A stretch of DNA of 63,583 nucleotides, filler included, from Octopus bimaculoides (GCF_001194135.2; 5 parts of 4 records of this genome joined end to end with filler, not necessarily neighbours in it); one strand, 5' to 3'. Positions 1-14,152 are shown, numbered from the whole stretch's first letter. The notes: generated from the letters alone by a model not told the origin. Numbers and translations are program-made.

Positions 1-49
<49 letters not shown>

Positions 50-650
50 GTATGTATGTATGTATGTATATACTTTGGCACAGCATGTATTCAATTCAAT
101 GAAGTACAATCTCCTCACACCCATACAGCATCCAGATTAAGGCCCAGTAAAGAGAGGGGTAAAAAGGGCATGAAAGTAGTCATACATGTCCATTTATACA
201 TACCCAGAGTTAACCTTATATGCTAATACACACATATATCGTATATGTCTACATATACAAACACTACACACCATGTTATGAATCCCATATATTCATATAT
301 ACAAACATACACGCACACCCAAACATCCACTCACATATATACATATCCATATACCCACACACACACACCTATGAACAGGTAGTCTGCATAAACTAACATA
401 TAAACATAAATACAGACATATACCCATATACGCATACACACATATAAACATGTAGTCCACACACAGGTACATATAGATGCAAATATATACATATATACCC
501 ATAATCATATACATATATACTCATAAACACATACACCCATACTAACATATATACATAATGAGCTTCACATAAGTACATAGAGACACTTATATGGTAAGCT
601 GACAGGCACATGCACTCAAAGTCATGTGTGGGCACAACGTTTTTACAAGA

Positions 651-830
651 TGAACACTGTTTATAGCTTACATTAAGATTTAGAACTTTTACAATAATTA
701 TGATTATCAATGGACACTGTTTATAACTTACATTAAGATTTAGAACTTTGACTATAATTATTAGTATCAATGAACACTGTTTATAACTTATATTAAGATT
801 TAGAACTTTTACTATAATTATTATTATTAA
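651..830. repeat. 60-bp minisatellite, 3 copies
   Basis: The unit TGAACACTGTTTATAACTTACATTAAGATTTAGAACTTT... starts at 651, 711 and 771, an exact 60-nt period with a few substitutions. Confidence 0.9.
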
Positions 831-1113
831 TATACCCTAAGCCACGTAATATTATATAGATTAATGTTTCAAGCTATATATTAGCATATAAATGTAGAAT
901 CATATGAAAAACCATACTGTCCTATTGTAACATAAAACATAAGAGAATCAATTTAATCTAATTTGTATTTGTCAAATCTATATAATATGCAGGATACTGT
1001 ACGGGAGAGAAACATTGAACAGTAATTACATAAAATAAACTAAAGATTAAAAAAACTTAGCTTCTGTTTTCACTTCCAAGCATTAAGAATGTATAAATAT
1101 ATTCCATATGTAT

Positions 1114-1452
1114 GTGGCTGTGTGGTAAGAAACTTGCTTCCTAACCACATGGTTCCGGGTTTAGTCCCACTGCACAGCACCTTGGGAAAGTGTCTTCTAC
1201 TAGAGCCTCAGACTAGAGCCTTGTGAGGCGGATTTGGTAGACGGAAACTGAAAGAAGCCCGTCGTATATATATGTGTATGTATGTATGTATTTGTGTGTC
1301 TGTGTTTACATCTCCGTAACTTAGCAGTTCGACAAAAAGAGATTGATAGAATAAGTAGTAGGCTTACAAAATATAAGTTCTGGGGTCAATTTGTTCGACT
1401 AAAGGCAGTGCTCCAGCATGGCCACAGTCAAATGACTGAAACAAATAAAAGA
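1114..1452 (+). mobile_element. SINE-A (tRNA-headed SINE with internal microsatellite), near full length
   Basis: Head TGGCTGTGTGGTAAGAAACTTGCTTCC, B-box-like GGTTTAGTCC, CCTTGGG-AAGTG motif, internal (TA/TG)n and tail GACTGAAACAAATAAAAG. More than 10 homologous copies occur in the window. Confidence 0.9.
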
Positions 1453-1545
1453 ATATATATAATTTATTGAAGCTGAAAAAAATGTTAAGTTTTTCTAGTA
1501 TTATTTTTTTCCACTATTTCTTTTAGTACTATTTTATACGTATAT

Positions 1546-1585
<40 letters not shown>

Positions 1586-2539
1586 ATAGACAGACAGGTA
1601 TTCAATATTTCTTAAAGTTCATTGAATTTCCTTTTTAAATGTTTTTGTTAAGTGCTAAAGAGAACGTCACATACAGATGAAATCAAACTAAAATTAATAA
1701 GTCATGTTTTGTATTCTGAAAAATTTTCGATATGATGATTAGGTGTAGTAGAATGATATATAAGAAAATATCAACATGCAGCTTTAAAAGACACTTTTAT
1801 CATTTCTAGAAATAAAATTATGACCCCTTTTCTTCTTTTATTAAATGATATTATTTTAACTAGGGCAATTATTTATCTATTTTCATGTTTTGTTATAAAT
1901 GAAAATGTTTTTGTTTTGTTTTTTATTTTGTACCTAGACTTACTGAATGTTCTTGAAATGAGCCATTATTCAAATTTACGTTCTTTTATACATAATTGGT
2001 TTTCTATTTACCATTTATTACAGAATGGATTTTTTCAATAGCTTTATTTTTATAACATTCTATAGCTTATTTTTATAACATTGTATATATACAAGGCTTA
2101 CTGTGCCAAATGTTTCCAAATTAAGTTTGCATGTATATTTATTTTATTGTATCCTTTTTCAGAAAAAAAATGGCAAGAACATTTCTTACATTTAGAATAC
2201 AAACCAAGGAATTTATAAAGTTTAGAAAAATAATGCAGAAAAAATAGAATTGTCAAATTACAGATGGCAAAAATAATTTTAAAATCTTTGGAAATTTAGT
2301 CCAAAGAATTTCAATATATTTGATATCTATACTGTGGAAGCATTCTAAATAGAGTACCAATATTTTAGTACATCAGCTTAAAATGCTAAACATGGCATTA
2401 ATGGAAAAATTGAATTTCCTTTCTGTAAAAGATTTCACATACTTGGTTAATTTGACAAAAGTTTACAATGATAAAATAAATAAACGCCGGGCCATGATCT
2501 TGGCTGATATTAACTGCTTCTTTCTCCTTTTCTCTCCAG

Positions 2540-2824
2540 CTGCAACTCCTCGGCTTGGAGTGGTCCAAAGTTCCAAAACGAAGATAACGAAAGCACCTCT
2601 CCTCACCTCTCCACCTGTGTCATCTCCAACACCGCCTCCCTTGCCTCCCAAGAACTATTTATACAATGAGCTTGGCATTCCAAAACACTACAGCAGTGAC
2701 TCTGCTCTTGGCTCACCAGATGTCAGCAGTGTCAGTGTTTCTGTGACTACGGATGATATTGACGAATTACCCGAGCTAGATCGGGAAGGACCAATGTCTG
2801 AAATAACTGAAGAAGCAGGAAATG
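2540..2824 (+). CDS. Internal coding exon (phase 1-1, 95 codons) of an unidentified host gene; Pro/Ser/acidic, probably disordered
   Basis: Strong acceptor CTTCTTTCTCCTTTTCTCTCCAG at 2539, donor G|GTTAGT at 2825, and a stop-free 285-nt frame: ATPRLGVVQSSKTKITKAPLLTSPPVSSPTPPPLPPKNYLYNELGIPKHYSSDSALGSPDVSS...EEAGN. GC content is higher than in the flanks. Confidence 0.85.
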
Positions 2825-4639
2825 GTTAGTTAATGATAATTCTACAAAAGCAATAAAACAAGAATTTCTTTAATGTTATAGATATAGTTTTAACATTTTT
2901 ATCTCCATCTTGGGTTCTATATATAACCTTAACTATTTAACTTTAGTGAGTCATAGGCATCTAATTTGCTTTGGATACTTGTAGCATATGTTTGTGCCTT
3001 CAAAAAATATTTACTAGCACCCTCAAAACTTCCTTTTTATTTCATAAATATTAGCATATATAAGACTAATTATTTCCTAGAAGCTTACAGCAAAACTTTT
3101 CCTCATGCTTTACAATATTTTTATTTCTTTACATATCTTTCTAACATTTTTGCTTACTTAACAGTTTTTACAAGAGAAAAGCACATATTTCTATTATAAA
3201 ATGAACACTACAATATTTTAAAGTTATAACAACCAGTGATATCTTAGTGGTTAAACAACATGTATATTTAAATATATTATGACACTGACACATACACACA
3301 CACACATATGTATATACATANNNNNNNNNNATATCTGTTGTTATTGTTGTTTAGTCCCTGGTCAACCCTGATCAAATGAACCTATGAAATGAGGCACTCA
3401 AGTCATCACCCTCCCATCTTTTTAAGGATATCTCATATTATATTATCCATTGCTTCCTTCACTTATTTATGAGTGTAAGATGTTATTTGCAGATTTGGCT
3501 ACTGCTTCTAGCTTTTGGAGCACTACCTCAAATAGAGTAATTTGTTATGGTGCATTATATATGTCCTTCACTGAGACTAAAATAATTAACACAGAAGAAT
3601 ATTTAACAGATAATGCTGACCAATTCTATCTTAGGTAGGAGATTATCTGGATAATTTACCTTCTAAGACACATATCTATAATCTTTTAACTCCTTCCATT
3701 AACGCAGTCAGTATTCAGTTGAATAGAATTTAATGTTTCTAAAGCTTAGCTACTAATTGTCTGATACATCCATGCAAAAAACTTTTCTTCTTTTTAACTG
3801 TAGAAAAGGAGTAAGAATTTTAATCAATAAGAATCTCGTAAAAAGGTGCGTTTTATTTAGTTTCCAATTAAAAGAACTTTTGTTGATCTATTCTTAACAT
3901 TGGCTCCAGGAAAAGTAATTCTGTCTGATTTTGATTGATCACCTGAAATTGGTCGAAGTTTCTAATTTAGTGAATAGCAAGTGTAAATGCAACGCCATTA
4001 GTTTGAGAAAATCTGTAAGATTTTGCTGTGAGTTGACTCACTTAATACCTTATAATCCTGACCAGCACAAAGCAGTTTTAAGAATAATGAAATATAATCC
4101 ATGATTAACACAGTATGATAATTCTAACAAGAATGTTCAGCTGGTCTTTTCTAAATATGGAAAATGTCCACATTGTCAGCCATCATCCAAATGCTATTCC
4201 ACTATCTATGTCTTTTTTCCCCTCTTTCTTTCTCTTAAATATTCTTAATATATACCAAATCCATTTGGCAATTAACTAACTATAGTTGAAAGATTATTGA
4301 AATTAGAGATTTTACATGCTTTTCTTTCTAATCTTTATTTGATATTTTCTACTTATTTACATAAATTTGCTGTTTAAAACTTTTTTTCTCTTTGCAATTA
4401 ATGAATGTGTGTGTACATGCATATGCACATAAAACAATCTTATTGAGTGATATAAATCAGTGGTTTTTTAGATGTGAAACAAAATTATTGAAACCAAGTA
4501 ATGAGGGTTAATACCGATTTCAATAATATAGAAACTCAGAGGAAAATTATCTTTCCACATTTCTGTGGAGACTTAAAACACCTGGATTTCAGAGGTACTC
4601 AACCATATAAACTTATATATAGTAGGTAGGTTGTGGCTA

Positions 4640-4687
<48 letters not shown>

Positions 4688-7121
4688 TAGAGGAGATTAT
4701 AAAGGAAATAAACTAAGATTAATGTTCTGATAATTATAAGACATTGCTGAGAATTAACTTTACAGAATTATCAAATTTAATCAGCTTGTAAAGCTGATTA
4801 AATCTTCAACAGAATGTTGTAATTGACCATCGAGATTTCTAGGAATATCTAGAATGGATCCAAATCTGCAGCTTAAATGAAACTAAAAATTTCCCTATGT
4901 CTATCATGTGTGTCTGTTTGTGTCGGCGTTCATCCAAAATGTGTTGAGAAAGTTCCAACTAGTAGATCAACAGCGGGAGATTCACTAATGAAATTGCATT
5001 GGAAATATGGTTTTTACAGGAAGTCTTTAGTTGTAAACATATGCTATACATCACCTGTAAAGAGATACTTTATGTGCAAGTGCATGTTTATGTGTAATAT
5101 ACATACATGTGTATGTAAGTGTTTGTTTATCATGACGTTAATTGAACAGTAAAAAGAATTTACATTTAAGCAAATCACAAAATGTGTGAACATAACGAGA
5201 TTATATATAGAAGAACAGTAACTGTGTCCCACTAAGTTCTTATATAATCTTTTATGTCCATACTAAACTATAAAAGCAACTGTAACAGGAAAATTTGTAA
5301 ATAGGTTCAAAAACATAAACCCTGTATGTATATGTGAGAAAGAAAGAGAAAACTGAAGAGATAAAAACATTATTAATATCAAGTTTTATTTCAATAAATG
5401 TTTTAACCACATAATTGTTTAATAAGAGACAAAACTTAAGTATATGATTATAATATTTTGGACTTTAAATATCACCTGTACAGATGAAATATCTGTTTAC
5501 ACCAGCATTACATGTTGTTCTGTTTGACTCTCAATCATGACCAGTACTAGACTGGATTTGAACTAAAAAATGTATTTCCAAACTAAGAAAATGAAACCCT
5601 TGTCTACTAAACCACTGAAAGCAAATCAGTCTGGTATGATGTATATATTCAGTAATAAGACATCTGATGATAATCTGATGAAACCAAGTGAATTACGGTA
5701 CTGAAACAAAAACTGAGGATACTAGTCCAAATTATATAGCTTTATGTATACTTACATTTGTTTATGTGTATGTAAATGCATACATATGTTTGTATGTATA
5801 TATATAGGTATATGTATGTATATATTTTTCTCTCTCTCATATACATACACATACATAGATACATAAATGTAAATATTTCTGAAAACATATGCATATTGCT
5901 TTTTTGAGTATTGGGTTTTCAGACTGTAGGTTCAATTTATGGACTGGGTGATGCATAATATCCTTCATTTCACATTGCTCCAGTTTATTTAGCTGAAATG
6001 AGTATCAGTTGAATATTGAGAGACTGCCTACATCTTATGATTATGTAGGCACCTAAAATGATTAATGAAAGCATGGTACATGCTGCCAAGTTACACCTGC
6101 TTGTGTGTGATGGCTGTAGGGTTGGGTGAAATCGAGTGTGAGGATGCATTTGTATGTGTGTGTATGGGGCAGGGTAAGTGGGTTCATGTGTGTGCATACA
6201 TAGACAGATATAAATGTACACATATATGTATATATATAAATATAGGCATGGCTGGATGATGATATATTTACATTCCTTGTTCACATGGTGATCAGACACT
6301 CTGCACTTGAAAAAAATATTGAGGTAAAATTTCCTTACAGGTTGATAACATGATGGGTATATCTGGCTATAAGCCACCACCTCAAATAGGTTTCCATCTA
6401 ATACCTGTTAGTTGGGGAAAAAGCAAATGTTAATGAATGCTGTGATTGTAGCATATGACATTGTTTCTGCAATTTTCTTACCTTGTGACCCTTTTTACCA
6501 CAGACATGTTTCCTTATGACTTTCTTTCATTGCTATAAAATTCAGTAAGTTATAAACAACTACAACCCATATATGATTGTATGAAACAAGAAAATTATTA
6601 ATAGCCAACTAAAACTCAGGAAATATAAAACAGTATGGATACAAGACCACAGAAAACTTCACCAATAACAAGAAAAATTATTGTAACAGTAGCTTCATTG
6701 AAATAAATGTATTTGTTTCAACACAAATACATCAAACTGTAGCTTGATATTTGTCAGTGATGTCTTTAATATTTTAGCAGTATCTTGACTTTATTGCTGT
6801 TAAAACTATAAATTCAGATTCACACACGCACACACACACACAAACACACATATATATAGAAGGAAATGATTGGAAAGTTACCATTGCTAATTCAGGCAAT
6901 TGCAAGAAACGCTGAAGATTATTTCTGAATGTTCAAGTGGCAGATTAGAATTGTACGATGCCTTTGCAAATTGTTCTTAGGTTTTCTAACAAAATAAAAA
7001 ATAAAAGAACAATGTTTTCACATTCCATTACTGGAATTAATAGAATTGGGACCCAATCTAATTTCAGTTGCTCATATCTGGTAGAAAATATTGCTGAATT
7101 ATTTTTCCATACTTATCATGC

Positions 7122-7305
7122 AGGCATGGTAATATAGTTCAGAAGTTGCTTCCCAACCAGGTTCAGTCTCACTCACAGCACCTTGGGCAAGTGTCTTCTG
7201 TTATAGTCCCATGCACACCAAAATCTTGTGATGCAGTTTACAAGACAGAAACTAAAAAATAAGTCTGTCATGTATATGCATGTGTGCACATGCATTTGTG
7301 TGTCT
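7122..7305 (+). mobile_element. SINE-A 5' fragment, decayed
   Basis: GAAGTTGCTTCCCAACCAGGTTCAGTC...CACCTTGGGCAAGTGTCTTC matches the other copies. Confidence 0.75.
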
Positions 7306-7814
7306 GCATCTTTATTTACATTGACACCTCACCAAATATCATGAGCTACCAACAGTGATGATATTTCTCCTGTCAACAAACCATTCTGGCTTTGTGACTT
7401 AGAGGACATGCGTGATAAGCGACCTCTTACTTGGAAAACAGGAAGGACATCCAGCTGTAAAAACAATGCCTTAATAACACACTTTGGAAAATAGACATAA
7501 AAATGGCCAAATCAGTCTACCAAAATTTTTATTATGATCTTTTCAGTCAAATTAGAAGTCAGACTATTCCCACTGACAAAATTATCCAAGCATGAAAACA
7601 TTTCTAAGCTGCCATTTTATCCTGTATATTCCATAGGTTTATTTTTTGGTCATGAATACTTCAATTTTACCTTTTAACATTAAGTCCATTGAACTTTTCA
7701 GATATATCTGATAAATAGCATATTATCATTATGAAAGAATTCTAAAAGATTTGAATTATTTTCTGATAAAAGTAATTTTACTTCATTTTTTTTAAAGTCT
7801 ATTAGTAATCTCAG

Positions 7815-7852
7815 GAGCTTTCCCTTTGACAGCAATTGCACTTCTATATGCA
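7815..7852 (+). CDS. Candidate small exon (GAFPLTAIALLYA); alternative acceptors at 7797 and 7832
   Basis: Acceptor TCTCAG at 7814 and consensus donor GTAAGT at 7853. Its phase-1 start is compatible with exon 2540-2824. There is no homology support. Confidence 0.3.
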
Positions 7853-7935
7853 GTAAGTGGCTACTTGCATAAATTTGTGAATATATGGCTATTCAATGTG
7901 TTGGTACATAGACCAACATAGTTATTTCATTTCAG

Positions 7936-8008
7936 ATCTAATACCATTAAAAGAGGGTCCACTTTGAGGAAGACATTTTCACCTCTTGTACATCTTTCTA
8001 ATGACTGA
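7936..8008 (+). CDS. Candidate terminal exon (xSNTIKRGSTLRKTFSPLVHLSND*)
   Basis: Acceptor TTATTTCATTTCAG at 7935 closes an 83-nt GTAAGT...TTTCAG intron-like segment. The exon is open only in phase 2 and is followed by repeat-poor, 3'UTR-like sequence. Confidence 0.3.
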
Positions 8009-9886
8009 CAAAAGTGCCAAGTTCTCAGTAAAACTGCTTTTATATGAATATCTAACAAATATCAACAATTGAGCTGTATTTGTTATATCAGCCTATTTAT
8101 CCATATGAATCACAAATTTATTACTTTCAGTAATTCATTAATAAGTTGCACAAGTTAGATATTGCTAATTTCTGCAATTCTTCTGCATACCATATCATTT
8201 GACAGTGAATTTTTCTTCTTTATTTCATTCACATAGGTTGTATAAGTATCTTGCCAATTAATGAATGGTTTCATAGCTTTTGTAATTAGCTTTTAACGAT
8301 GTGTTTTTGTAATTTTGAAGATGTCAATAGTGTTTTTAGAAAACTGGTAAAGATTTTATGGCATAAGAAGTGTGAGTGGTATGAAAATATTTAAGTTAGT
8401 AAGTTTCATACATTCATTCACCAAATACTCATTACAAATTAAGCAGACTAGATGGGTCTCTCCATGCGTTATAGCAAAATTAATCCATATTGCAAAAGTG
8501 ATTCACTGTACTCTTTTTGTTGCAGAGAGTTCACCTTTTAAGATTTCACCTTGTGATTTGTATTATTGCATTCAGGTTTTGCAAGAAATAATACTTCAGT
8601 TATTGTATTCTTTGACAAATTTAACCATTTATCCACAGAGACATACTTTCAGTTCTCCATAGAAAAAAAAATAATAACTGATATTTTAAAAATAGCAGTA
8701 AAGAAATTATTAAAACAATAACTCACTTAAGTTAGTCAAGATGAATATATAAATATTTAAATAATTCAAAACCTTGTTCTTGTATATATTTTATTGAATT
8801 AATTTTATGTGATATAAAATTACTCTAGTAACAAGAAACATTGTGTTATTAGTTATTGACCTTTTGAGTAAATTACATATCACAATTAAATTATCACAAC
8901 AAGTACATACTATAGAGACAGAACTATATATATATTTATATATATATATATATATNNNNNNNNNNNNNNNNNNNNNNNNNNNNNNNNNNNNNNNNNNNNN
9001 NNNNNNNNNNNNNNNNNNNNNNNNNNNNNNNNNNNNNNNNNNNNNNNNNNNNNNNNNNNNNNNNNNNNCTATATATATTCAAATAAAAAAATTATGATGC
9101 AAATACTGATCTTATTAATGCTACACAACTGAACATAAGATACTGTGCCAACTATCACAAGACAATATCAGATATGCTACCAATCATTATAAAATCAAAA
9201 GTTAATTATAGTAAACTACAAAAAATGAGTATTGATTAAAAAACTTTAGAAGCAAGTGGTTTGTTGCACCATCAACAAATGTTTTTATAGTGTAGCAGCC
9301 ATTAACTGTCATTGCTCTCAGTGTAAAACTATGAGTTTAGTACAAATTTTGAATAACAATTCAAGAAAGGTAGTAAGGTTAAATGTTGTTCAATTTTTGT
9401 TCCATATCTGCGTTTTATATTTTAGAGGCAAATTTATTTGTGTACATATTTGAAGTATATTCTGTTATACACTGATAAAGCTCACAGGTAACAAAAACAA
9501 TCAAATTTTAGAATTCTACAGGAAAGTTCTGCAATCCTCAGGGGATAATGACTCATAGTTTAAGAACTACTGATGTAATGCTTAATTCCAATTTCATTCT
9601 TGATTGCAGTGTTTAGGTCATTTACCACTATCTATATAGTTCATATTATTTTCACTTACAGAAAGACTTTATTCAAATGAATTGTCATTACATATTATCC
9701 AGAAAGGGTTGAGAGAATCTGTGCATTGTTTAAGATATATATATATACATAAATTTGACTGAGTTTCAGTGTACTACCAAAATATATCCTATCTCATCGC
9801 ACAGACCATACATATAAAACTTACAACCTATTTTCTTTTTACCTTAGTATATTTGTACATAATACATACATACATATATACATACA

Positions 9887-9917
<31 letters not shown>

Positions 9918-10367
9918 GTACATACGTATGTATGCATCTGCATACATTGTTAACTTATAACTCATTGAGTCTTTTTTTAATGGCACTATTTGTGTTAAAG
10001 TTTTTCAGACTTAAGGTATTTGTCCTTCATCAAAATCGAGTTTATTTTATCTTTTAGAGAATTGACCAAGCAGTGGTGGTCATCATTTCAATTTTTATTT
10101 TCTTTATCTATTGTTCTTTTATTAGTTTTCATCATTGGACTCTGACCACTTTGGGGTATCACCTTCTAACATATAGTAGATTTCATTGATAGAGCTCTTG
10201 CTTTCTGTACTTATTTTGTCAGCTAGTATTTAAGTGGATCTGAGTAGGATTTGAACTCAGAATATAAAAGAGCATAAACAAATACCATAAGGTAATCTGT
10301 CCAGTGCTCTACCAATTCTATCCATTACAATTATGATTATATAGTTAGTATATATCTCTTTTATCTC

Positions 10368-10720
10368 TTTTACTTGTTTCAGTCATTAGACTGCTGTCAT
10401 GCTGGGGCACTTCCTTGAATTTTCTTTTAGTCAAATGAAATGACCACAGTACTTTTTTTTAAGCCTGGTACTTATTCTATTGGTCTCTTTGGCAAACCAC
10501 AAAGTATGGGGATGTAAACACACCAACACTGGTTGTCAAATGGTGGTGGGGGACAAAGACAGGCACAAGAACACGCACAAACACACACACATATATATAT
10601 GACGGGCTTCTTTCTGTTTCCATCTATCAAATCCACACACAAAGCCTTGGTCAGCCTGAAGCTATAACAAAAGACACTTGCCCAAGGTGCCACGCAATAG
10701 AACTGAACCTTTCTACAATA
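10368..10720 (-). mobile_element. SINE-A copy
   Basis: Reverse complement of the body and tail (TTTACTTGTTTCAGTCATT...CTTGCCCAAGGTGCC). Confidence 0.85.
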
Positions 10721-11299
10721 CAGCCATGTCGGCATGTATGCAACACATGCTTTCACCAACACAGCCATGCCTGTACCTATAATTTTTATCATTTCACAAG
10801 TTTTATTACCGCATACATTCATTGTATAACCAAACACTGCTTTAAAGCATTGTGTATGTACAGTTTAGTTTTATTTTTAATTAATATTGTATGTGTTTAC
10901 AGTTCCCTAATATATGCAGCACCAACTGGTGGTAGTATTTTTATATTTTGTGTGTAATAATCACATAAATTCTTTGACCTTGAGTACATATTAAACTGAA
11001 TTTCTTGTTATCATGCTTAGTACAGCTATTATCATTAGGGAATTATTTCTATTTCAAATTGGCTCATTTTGGGTTTATGATTCAAGTAATTTCTCTACAT
11101 CTTTTAAAAAGACATAATGTTATAGCTAGAGTTCACATATTTTCCTATGATGGCCTTTAAAATTATTATTTTTTCTCAGCAAGAAAAAATATCCCATTTT
11201 ACCTTTTGCTTTATGCTCACTTTATTCAAGACTGAAATCATGCAAGAGCACCATCTTGATGGGTTTAGTTGAATAAAACAACTCCAGTACTTATTTCTT

Positions 11300-11580
11300 A
11301 ATTCTAGGATTTATACTGTTGGTCTCTTTTACAGAACCACTAAATTACATGGACTTAAACAAACCAACACTGGCTCTCAAGTGGTGGAGCATAACAAACA
11401 CACACACACACACATACGGGTCTCCACAGAATTTTTGTTTACCAAATTCCCTGACAAGGTATTTACTCACAAGTCAGCCTGGGGCTATAGTAGAAGACAC
11501 TTGCCCAAGATGTCATGCAGTGGAACTGAACCCAAAACCACATGGTTGCAAAGCAAATTTCTTAACCACAGAGCCACACC
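11300..11580 (-). mobile_element. SINE-A copy
   Basis: GAAGACACTTGCCCAAG...GAACTGAACCC...CTTAACCACAGAGCCACACC. Confidence 0.8.
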
Positions 11581-12229
11581 TGAAACATTTTTTTTCCCTG
11601 TATTTGCTGGGATTTTGGACTTCAGGCTGAGTTCCCAGTCTATAATTCTGCCAACTCTGTTATGTATAATCTGTTCCAGCTAAGACCAGGCAGCCTGAAA
11701 TAATGTCATTGATTGTCTCTTCACAATTACCACATATTCAACAGCTACTTTTAATATTCTGTTCTATGATATATATTTTAGTTGTTTTTTTTATAGAAAA
11801 CACATATTTATAGAGTGATCAATAACCTTTTAGTCTTCATTGTTGCTACTGTTTTTGCTGTTGTTATTTAACCCCAGGCCAGTCTGATTCATCAAAACAT
11901 TGGATCAAAGGTCTTCCAGCTATGACAAGCCCATCATTTTTTCATTTTTAGATTTTTTGGACATAATATATCCAGATATACATTCTCCACAGTGTTCTTC
12001 CATTATTATGATAATATAGTGTGGTTTGAAAGGGATTTGATTGTGATTTGCAGCAGGTTGACCAATTGTAGAAATAATCTCATTTATTTGCTTTTGAGCC
12101 ACTTTTGACTTCTTCCTTCATTCTCTACTTTACAAAGTATTCCTCAGTATCAACTCTAGATACTTCCCTTGGTCATAATTTCATGATCATCACCCAGTGT
12201 TTTAAATGTGGGTTTTGTCTCCGTTAAAG

Positions 12230-12830
12230 GTGGTAGCAAGATCTACCTCAATGCCATAGCAACTGCCCTGACACACCATTTTGCCTGGTTTGGGGCATCT
12301 TCCCTTCTCAAGCCAACCCTCCCAATCTCCTCCTCTACCTGTCCCCTCCACGTTTTCCTTGGTCTACCTCGCATTCGTGGTCCATTCACCTCAAACTCAA
12401 GTACTTTCCTCAGAACTTGCTCCTCATCCTTCCTCAACACATGCCCATACCACCACACTCCATTCGCCCTTGCCAAGCCATTCCACCGATTCCTCTAACC
12501 CCAGCATCCCCAACAAGTCCTCAGTCCTCCTCTTCTCGAACAGCTTCACACCACACATTTCTCTCACCATTGTTCTCTCCGTCCTTCTCAAAATTGCCAT
12601 CTCTCTCTCCCTCAGACACCATGTACAGCTCTCACACAACTCCTATAGACCCTTCCTTTCATCTTCAATGAGAACCTTTTCCCATATAACAACTCTCCCC
12701 ATTCCCTGAACTTCACCCAACTAAGCCTCACTCTTGCTGTCACAGCAGCTTCACAGCCACCACTTACATCCACACTATCTCCAAGGAACATGCAAACCCT
12801 CATCCTCGTTTGCTCAAGCATGACTTGCCA
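12230..12830 (-). mobile_element. RTE-clade LINE, 3' fragment of the ORF, frameshifted
   Basis: Minus-strand peptides RVRLSWVKFREWGELLYGKRFSLKMKGRVYRSCVR, LRRTERTMVREMCGVKL and WYGHVLRKDEEQVLRKVLEFEVNGPRMRGRPRKTW are typical of RTE C-termini. Confidence 0.9.
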
Positions 12831-13534
12831 TAATTTATGGTGTTAATGTTACATTTTAAGTATTTTCTTTTAAGTATTTTTTTTTAATATTTTTACTTAT
12901 TTCATTTTTTATATTTGTTTTAATAGTTGTGATGAGGATGAAGAATGTATAGATTGTTTCAAATTTTTGTCTTGTTCTTGTTAACCTTAAAATTAGAAAG
13001 CTATGTTTGCATTTTCTAACAGTTTGTACCATTTTGCTTTTGTATACCACCAAATACTTAGACAATCTTACAGTACTATTTTCAATAAAATTTTAAATTA
13101 CATCTCTATAATAATAATAATGGTAATAATAAAAATACTAAAAGTAATATTTATTATTATTATTCCAGTCACCATTTACATTGTGTGTAACAGAATCAAT
13201 ATATCTTAGCAATATTTAATTACTGTGCTAAGTCTTAACATTATCTTTCATCACAACAGGGACAATAAGATACATATTGGAATTATACCAGGATCAATTT
13301 AATTTAATAGAATGTTCCTCTACATCCAAAACATGTGTCAATGTAACAAATTACTCTTATCATGATGTTGACAACGATGCTGAATTGAGAATCTGTAGAA
13401 TGTGAGAGAAAATACTTCTCTGCATTTAGAGATGTATCTTTATGGTATGTTCCAAGCATCTTTCTTGGGTCAATGAAATAAATATCAGTTAAGAACTGGT
13501 TCTAATCGAAGTAACTATTTCTTTTGACTATATC

Positions 13535-13880
13535 ATTATTTTTGTTCACTCAGTATCTTGTTGTTCTGCAGGTGTTAGATATCAAGTAGCATCCTAAAAA
13601 CTTAAGTATCAAGCGCTTTTCTAATGGTTCTTTCTGTGCCAAGCAAATAAGCTTTATGTAAGTTTCAGAAATTCACTTCAGTATGCAACATCTTCAGCCA
13701 ACAATTTAAACTTCTTGGCAACATTCCTAAGGCTCCTTTTCCAATTGGAATAATGACAATTTTACAGCAATTCTATATTCTCTGGAGTTCATGTTTTAGG
13801 TCCTGCTATTTTTTTTATTTTCTAATATTTCTTTTTTTTCTACCGCTCTAGTATCAAACATGCAAGGGTCATTGGTTAAG
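13535..13880 (-). mobile_element. R4/Dong-clade LINE 3' relic (restriction-like endonuclease end plus 3'UTR)
   Basis: Frameshifted translation ...DLKHELQRI...IVIIPIGKGALGMLPRSL...LHKAYLLGTERTIRKALDT* matches the R4 C-terminal pattern seen in the other copies here. Confidence 0.75.
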
Positions 13881-13967
13881 CAAACATGCTCTTACCTTTT
13901 TATTATATATGACAATATGTGCATGTGAATGTTTCATTTGCCTATCCATTATTATCATTATTATTGA

Positions 13968-14152
13968 GGCAGTGAGTTGGCAGAACCACTAGCAAACTAG
14001 GCAAAATGCTTAGTGGCATTTTGTCCATCTTTGTGTTCTGAGTTCATATTCCATTGAGGTTGACTTTGCCTTTCGTCCTTTTGAGTACTAGGGTCAATGT
14101 AATCAACTTAACCTCTCCCCTAAATTACTGACCTTGTGCCAAAAATTGAAAC

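Noticed and set aside
651-830. CRISPR-like regular repeat
   Set aside because: The units are contiguous with no unique spacers, the context is eukaryotic, and there are no cas genes.
5664-5707. CTGATGA twice followed by GAAAC
   Set aside because: Stem II does not close next to GAAA, and there is no stem III or stem I.
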